Shown here piece by piece: positions 59,019 to 64,000 of a stretch of DNA of 64,000 nucleotides. Each line of letters starts with the position of its first letter. The stretch's first letter is position 1. The notes beneath the pieces are model-generated. The model did not search any database and had not been told where the DNA came from. It saw nothing but the letters and a program-made list of their open reading frames with translations. Origin of the DNA: an uncultured archaeon (GTDB lineage Archaea; Asgardarchaeota; Lokiarchaeia; Sigyniarchaeales; SOKP01); the NCBI GenBank assembly GCA_964486045.1, contig CAZALK010000001.1:96001-160000 (forward strand). Reading direction: 5' to 3'. A program made the position numbers and the translations under genes.

Positions 59019-59684
59019 TTACCTCCAAACTACTTCTCGTTGATGACCTGATTCACTCCAGTTGACAGGATTCCTTAATTTAATAAATAAATCTAATCTT
59101 CCTAAGACTTTCAAACGGTTGAAAATTAATACCCATCCACAATCTATTTCAAAATTCCCAACTTCACATTTACCATGAACCATTCCACCACAAGGCCCAT
59201 TCATCAGTGATTTAGCGCAAGTTGTAATTGGACAAATTCCACCAGTCTCGTTTAGCAAACAATCACCACACCCGTTACAACGTTGGTAAAATCTTCCAAT
59301 TCTCTCCGTCATCCCCATAAATTCAGTATTTGTTGCGATAAACACAGGGATATCTGGATGCATTCTAGAAAGTATTTGAGAAATGCTTGCAACACCTAAT
59401 CCACAACTTAATGTTAATATCGCGTTAATATTTTGCAAATCTTCTTCAATTTTTCGAAAATCCTTCATCATCACTCTATTATCGCATACTTCCTCAGAAA
59501 CCATTGTAACTACTACCTCAAACCCTTCTTGCTCTAGTTTTTTGACAATCTCTTTTGCTCCTTCGGTACCTCCCGTTTGACACATAGCCGCACAATTACC
59601 ACAGGAGACCAACCCAATTTTGTTCATATTCTTTAACACGCCTAAAATCTCTTCAAAAGGCTTTTTTGTTGTTATAATAGTCAT
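59019..59684 (-). CDS. metV: MTHFR small Fe-S/Zn subunit (MetV)
   Basis: CGNCAAMCQTGG, SCGLG, C..CGDC...TGGICP...CAKSLMNGPCGG...CEV...CGW. Confidence 0.9.
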   Translation of the reverse strand: MTIITTKKPFEEILGVLKNMNKIGLVSCGNCAAMCQTGGTEGAKEIVKKLEQEGFEVVVTMVSEEVCDNRVMMKDFRKIEEDLQNINAILTLSCGLGVASISQILSRMHPDIPVFIATNTEFMGMTERIGRFYQRCNGCGDCLLNETGGICPITTCAKSLMNGPCGGMVHGKCEVGNFEIDCGWVLIFNRLKVLGRLDLFIKLRNPVNWSESGHQREVVWR

Positions 59685-60058
59685 TTTATTTGTAACAGCG
59701 ATTTTATTAGTTTTGATTATTTTATCAATATTTGAAATTAAAGGATAAATAATTGAATAAACCTATTAAAATTATTAAAAGGTAGCATAACCATGGATTA
59801 AAAAAAAGGGATATAATAGGAAAACTTCTTCTTATATAATCTAATCATACTCGATTTCTCGCAATCGAATCCTTACTTCACGAGGAATCAAAGATTTTCT
59901 TATCATTGTCAAAACATTCACGTATAGAGTTTTCAAATTATCCATTTTTGCTTGATGAAAAATATGAAATTCGAGTGAAAAAAATCAATATAGTCAAAAA
60001 AATGACTTGCAAAATAGCAAATAATGACTTTTTTTTTTAAAGAAATATTAATCTAATC

Positions 60059-61729
60059 ATGGGAATTGAGAAATATTTACCAACATTAAAACTAGTTAAA
60101 CCAATAGGTGGTTTTCATGGAGTTTCAGCTATTTTCCCCACATTGAAGGATGTAATAGATTATGAGGAGCATAATATTGTAATAAATCATGGTTACCCAC
60201 GATTTGTAACTCATCCAATAGTTAAGATAATTGAAAATAAATATAAAAAAAAATTTGGGGCAATAGGTGCAATTAGTTGTCACAGCTATGAAGCTGCAAT
60301 TTTCTTAGTTGTCGATTACTGTTTCAGACATGGGAATAAGATATATTTTGATAAGGGGGTACCATTAGAGTTTTATAATATGCTTAATGAAAAATTTCCT
60401 AACCTTGTCAAAAGGACTGAAATGGCAGACGCAAATATATTGTTTATCAAAACTCAAGGAAATAAATTCCAAAATGATGCTAAAGGAAAAATTGTTATTG
60501 GTATTTTAGAAGATATCAATTTAGGAGATGACTTAAAAAACTTAGGATTCAACATAATACTTCATCATGATAAGAAACATGATATTGGGATAATATTAAT
60601 TTTTAGCATAAGATATGCTATGTTAGATATTCTACGAAGGCATTGTGGATTCAATGTGAGTTCTCGAAAATTAATTAAGAAATTTAGATCTTCTAGTGAA
60701 TTAACAAAAGGTTATGATTATAATCTAAGAAAAAGAATAGCAGAATTAGAAAAAACATCCCCAGAATTTTGTTTTTTATATTCATCTGGCATGGTAGCAG
60801 TTTTTAGTTCAATTTTATCTTTAATATCCTCAAAAAAAGGCAAAATTATCGCAATCGGCTCATTGTATGTTGATACTCTTAGAATTTTAGAGAGTTGGCT
60901 TGAAAAGTATGACTTACCTAAACCAGTTTTTATTAGAGATAATTTTGTTGAGAATTTAAAAAACTGTATTGATTTGAATACAGCGGGAGTTATTGTCGAG
61001 ATTCCCTCAAATCCTTTAATTCAATTGGTAGATATCGATGAAATTGTGAGGATTTCTCATTCTAAAGGTGCAAAAGTAATAGTTGATAATACTGTTGCTA
61101 CACCATATAATTTTAATCCTTTCCTTTACGATGTTGATATAGTTGTTCATAGTACAACCAAATTTCTTAGTGGAAAAAACAATCATATTGGTGGAGTAGT
61201 CTTAATTAATGAAGAGGAATTGGAGGAAAAATTCGAAAATTTTAGCAAAATTACAAAATTAAAAATGGATTTCAATGATGTTAAAGTCTTATCTCGAAAT
61301 ATTAGGAGATTTGAAGAACGAATGGAAAAAATAAATAATAATAGTGAAATTGTTGCTAACTTCTTGAATAATCATGAATTAATCAAAAGGGTATATTATC
61401 CATCAATAAAAAATGATCAATATCACCTACTTATGAAAAAGTATCTTAAGGGGGGAAGCGGATTATTAAGTTTTGTTTTAAAGGAATCTACTGAGGAGAA
61501 CGCTAAGAAGTTTTACGATAATTTGCTCCCTCCAATTTTGAAGGGTCCAAGCCTAGGTTCTGAAAAAACTTTATTATGTCCGTATGTCATAATGGCTCAT
61601 TATCATGATTCAAAAGAGGAATTAGAACAACTAGGTTTTGATTTTTATTTGATGAGGATGTCTGTAGGAATTGAACCAGTTGATAAAATAATAAGAAGCC
61701 TTGAAAATGGTCTTAAGAATTTAGAGTGA
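60059..61729 (+). CDS. PLP-dependent Cys/Met metabolism enzyme, Str2-type cystathionine gamma-synthase-like
   Basis: SSGM, EIPSNP, DNT, HSTTKFLSG (PLP Lys), KGPSLG...PYVIMAHY, and N-terminal GYPRF. Confidence 0.82.
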   Translation: MGIEKYLPTLKLVKPIGGFHGVSAIFPTLKDVIDYEEHNIVINHGYPRFVTHPIVKIIENKYKKKFGAIGAISCHSYEAAIFLVVDYCFRHGNKIYFDKGVPLEFYNMLNEKFPNLVKRTEMADANILFIKTQGNKFQNDAKGKIVIGILEDINLGDDLKNLGFNIILHHDKKHDIGIILIFSIRYAMLDILRRHCGFNVSSRKLIKKFRSSSELTKGYDYNLRKRIAELEKTSPEFCFLYSSGMVAVFSSILSLISSKKGKIIAIGSLYVDTLRILESWLEKYDLPKPVFIRDNFVENLKNCIDLNTAGVIVEIPSNPLIQLVDIDEIVRISHSKGAKVIVDNTVATPYNFNPFLYDVDIVVHSTTKFLSGKNNHIGGVVLINEEELEEKFENFSKITKLKMDFNDVKVLSRNIRRFEERMEKINNNSEIVANFLNNHELIKRVYYPSIKNDQYHLLMKKYLKGGSGLLSFVLKESTEENAKKFYDNLLPPILKGPSLGSEKTLLCPYVIMAHYHDSKEELEQLGFDFYLMRMSVGIEPVDKIIRSLENGLKNLE

Positions 61730-61772
61730 TTTAATTAATTAAACAAAAAGGAGTTATAAAAACAGAGACGAA

Positions 61773-62471
61773 ATGGTAGATGTAGAAGAAATTGCTTGGT
61801 CCGTTGAAAAGGATCTTCTCGAAAGAGAGATTATTGTAAAACAACCTTATAGAGATTTGGACAAAAATCAAGATTATTACTTAATATCAACTCCAAACGT
61901 CTTTAAAAAGGATCATATCTTTATTATAGCCTCCGGGCATCCTGAAATTGCCGGAGTTTGGTCAAATACTCTATTAAGTGAAGGGAGAATAGAGGAATCA
62001 AGCATGGAATCCTATTTTAAAGCATTTCATAAAGAAAACTGGGGTTTAGTGGCATTGAATCCACATCTAATTGAGGATGACTTAGTTGGGACAAACTATT
62101 TCAATCAATTAGGAAAAATAATAGAAACATCGAAACCTGAGAGTAAATTCGGATTTATAGGTTTTTCTATGGGTGGTAGGATTATTTATGATTTCTTAAA
62201 TAACAATAAGAGTTTAATAAAGAATGTAATTGCTATTGCTCAAGTAGATCCTGTTATTCAAAGTTTTAATTGGGATAAAATTATCATAAACAATCTCGAA
62301 GACAGAACAATTTTATTTGCATCAAGCACAGACAAATATAGATTTGGGGCTATTGCATCAACAATTTTAAAAATCTCAAGTACTCCGGTAGAGGGTAAAC
62401 ATGGAGCACTTCCAAGTAGATGTTTGGAGAGTATTATCGATTTTTTTAAAACTCAAATCAAAAAATTATAG
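61773..62471 (+). CDS. Alpha/beta-hydrolase-fold protein, FAM172A/Arb2-like
   Basis: 'IIASG..IAGVWSNTLL...WGLVALNP', GFSMGG, 'AIAQVD', 'ASS', 'H...SIIDFF'. Confidence 0.72.
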   Translation: MVDVEEIAWSVEKDLLEREIIVKQPYRDLDKNQDYYLISTPNVFKKDHIFIIASGHPEIAGVWSNTLLSEGRIEESSMESYFKAFHKENWGLVALNPHLIEDDLVGTNYFNQLGKIIETSKPESKFGFIGFSMGGRIIYDFLNNNKSLIKNVIAIAQVDPVIQSFNWDKIIINNLEDRTILFASSTDKYRFGAIASTILKISSTPVEGKHGALPSRCLESIIDFFKTQIKKL

Positions 62472-62532
62472 CCCTGGAAGTTATTTATTGAATCTTAGTT
62501 TTCCTTTTAATTTTTTGCATATCATAAATGTT

Positions 62533-63711
62533 CTAACTTTCTTGAGTAGCTCTTGGCCGTTTGTTTATATGTATTTTTTCGAAGATAAAATGGCTCAATA
62601 GATAGCAAAGGATGACTGTTAGAGGAAATACAATGGTGAATTTTATAACAGGTAATATGGGTATAAATGCAAATCCGAGGGATACAAAGACAAGGACGGG
62701 TGGGTGAATTAGGTACATAGGAAATGCGCTAGAAGATAGGTTCTTTAGAATTTTTCCTTGCTTGTTGAATTTTGCATAAAAAATCTTAATTAATACAAAA
62801 ATCATCCCCATAGCTATGACATTTTCTACAACAGCAAATACAAGAGCATGCAAATTAAATCCCCCAAATAAGACACTATAATCTGAAACTATTCCCAGAG
62901 CCATAAAAGCGTATATATAAAATAATACAAACATAACTGCTATTATAATTGACCAGACTTTGACATGATTTCTAGTCATCTTTTCAAACCAATCATATCG
63001 AACAGCAATAACACCAATACTGAACATCATGAGATACGGAAAGAAAAATCCGAATGGGATTCCCAGCGGAAATTTGTCTACAGGAGAGATTAAGCGAATT
63101 AAAAAAGTAGCAAATCCTAAACTAATGGCTAAAAAGAGTAAATAGATATAACTTGGGATTGAAAATTCCTTTTGGATTCGACTTTGCACTGAGTCGATCT
63201 TTGTTATCTGACGCCATAGAGCATAAATAGCAGTAAAAATTAATAAAAGAAAGAGGTACCACATAGGACCAGTTCTTGTAAGAAAACCGATAAATACTTC
63301 CAGTGATTGAAATTGGCTCAAATAAAAATCTATTAAAGATCCTTGTGGTTCTATAATATAAGCCAAAAGAGGATTAATTAGCAAAATATATAAAACGAGA
63401 GGAATACCAAGACGTAGAAGCCGTTCTTTCCAGAATGAGGATGCGCCTTTTTTATCATAACTTTTGGGAGTAAAATACCCACCCATTAGAAAGAATAATC
63501 CCATAAGTGAGGCTTGAAAAAGACCTCCAATTGAGCTTAAAATTGTAAAAAATATAATGCTGAAAAGATCACTTGGTGATGCCTCAATATAATACCACCC
63601 ACCCGACCCACCATAAGTGACCCTCACGTGTTGGAATATCACGAGAATAGTAAATAAGACCTTAATATTATCTAGGAAAAAAAGCTTTGGTTTCTTAGGT
63701 TCTGTATTCAT
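62533..63711 (-). CDS. Acyltransferase-3 (OpgC/MdoC-like) membrane protein
   Basis: 'LDNIK...LVIFQH', 'MGLFFLMGGYF', 'RLLRLGIP', 'GPMWYL', 'MYLIHP'. Confidence 0.9.
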   Translation of the reverse strand: MNTEPKKPKLFFLDNIKVLFTILVIFQHVRVTYGGSGGWYYIEASPSDLFSIIFFTILSSIGGLFQASLMGLFFLMGGYFTPKSYDKKGASSFWKERLLRLGIPLVLYILLINPLLAYIIEPQGSLIDFYLSQFQSLEVFIGFLTRTGPMWYLFLLLIFTAIYALWRQITKIDSVQSRIQKEFSIPSYIYLLFLAISLGFATFLIRLISPVDKFPLGIPFGFFFPYLMMFSIGVIAVRYDWFEKMTRNHVKVWSIIIAVMFVLFYIYAFMALGIVSDYSVLFGGFNLHALVFAVVENVIAMGMIFVLIKIFYAKFNKQGKILKNLSSSAFPMYLIHPPVLVFVSLGFAFIPILPVIKFTIVFPLTVILCYLLSHFIFEKIHINKRPRATQES

Positions 63712-63870
63712 AAGAATGATAACCTCTGATTAATCATAGTTTTTTTAATAATATTACTTTATTAGAATTATCCAAAAATTTGGTTCTAATAAAACTTTTT
63801 AGATTCCAATTTAATAAATAAAAACTTAGAACACGCATTTATATTATTTAACAATAATAAAAATAATACC

Positions 63871-64000
63871 CTATTTTAAAGCCGGTTCTATTAGACCTAG
63901 ATCGATCATAGTTTGTCCGGTTTCGTACAACGTATCCTTGATGGTATGAGTCTTTAGGCCAAGTTCCTCGCGTGCCCGATCACAATGTGCAAGTGGTGCT
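63871..64000 (-). CDS. 3' end of probable NAD-dependent epimerase/dehydratase (5' outside window)
   Basis: Translates as '...CDRAREELGLKTHTIKDTLYETGQTMIDLGLIEPALK*', resembling extended-SDR C-termini. Confidence 0.55.
   Translation of the reverse strand, partial: APLAHCDRAREELGLKTHTIKDTLYETGQTMIDLGLIEPALK

Noticed and set aside
59895-59962. Canonical SAM-I riboswitch
   Set aside because: Only a P1-like helix is present. GAGGGA, GCAACC and GGTGC are missing and the element is too short.
1031-62601. Short antisense or overlapping ORFs in the supplied track (e.g. 1168-1425, 10156-10437, 13581-13940, 16105-16434, 31530-31862)
   Set aside because: They are shadows of well-supported genes and carry no independent motifs.
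1-64000. CRISPR array, transposase/integrase, rRNA
   Set aside because: No regularly spaced repeats, recombinase motifs or extended GC-rich structural RNA were seen, and no duplicate of the tRNA 3' end (att site) was noticed.

Overview
AT-rich (about 30% GC by eye) archaeal chromosomal segment, most consistent with an Asgard archaeon of the Lokiarchaeia. The evidence is three Ras-superfamily small GTPases, an expanded family of PAS histidine kinases with an 'HDINNILQ' H-box, a Loki/PGF-CTERM-type sorting tail, Cdc48 with an HbYX tail, archaemetzincin and a tRNA with a BHB intron. Routine content: DAP-pathway lysine genes (dapA, dapB, dapF, lysA), panB, cdhD, metF/metV, a corrinoid protein with an MtaA-like methyltransferase, LysR-DsrE-TusA, an Hsp20-Cdc48-wHTH heat-shock operon, an Hrq1/MrfA-like helicase, three tandem thioredoxins and a 1797-aa surface protein. 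Main findings: (1) a Rab-like GTPase that appears circularly permuted (G3-G4-G5-G1-G2, cut at the beta2-beta3 hairpin) in a tight gene pair with a DUF4139 protein; (2) an apparent full-length archaeal homolog of eukaryotic FAM172A/Arb2; (3) an unannotated double K-turn (box C/D-like) RNA between lysA and dapB; (4) tRNA-Pro(UGG) with a non-canonical intron at 25/26; (5) several genes that appear to use non-canonical start codons; (6) three disrupted genes. All family assignments come from motif recognition by eye; no searches were run.
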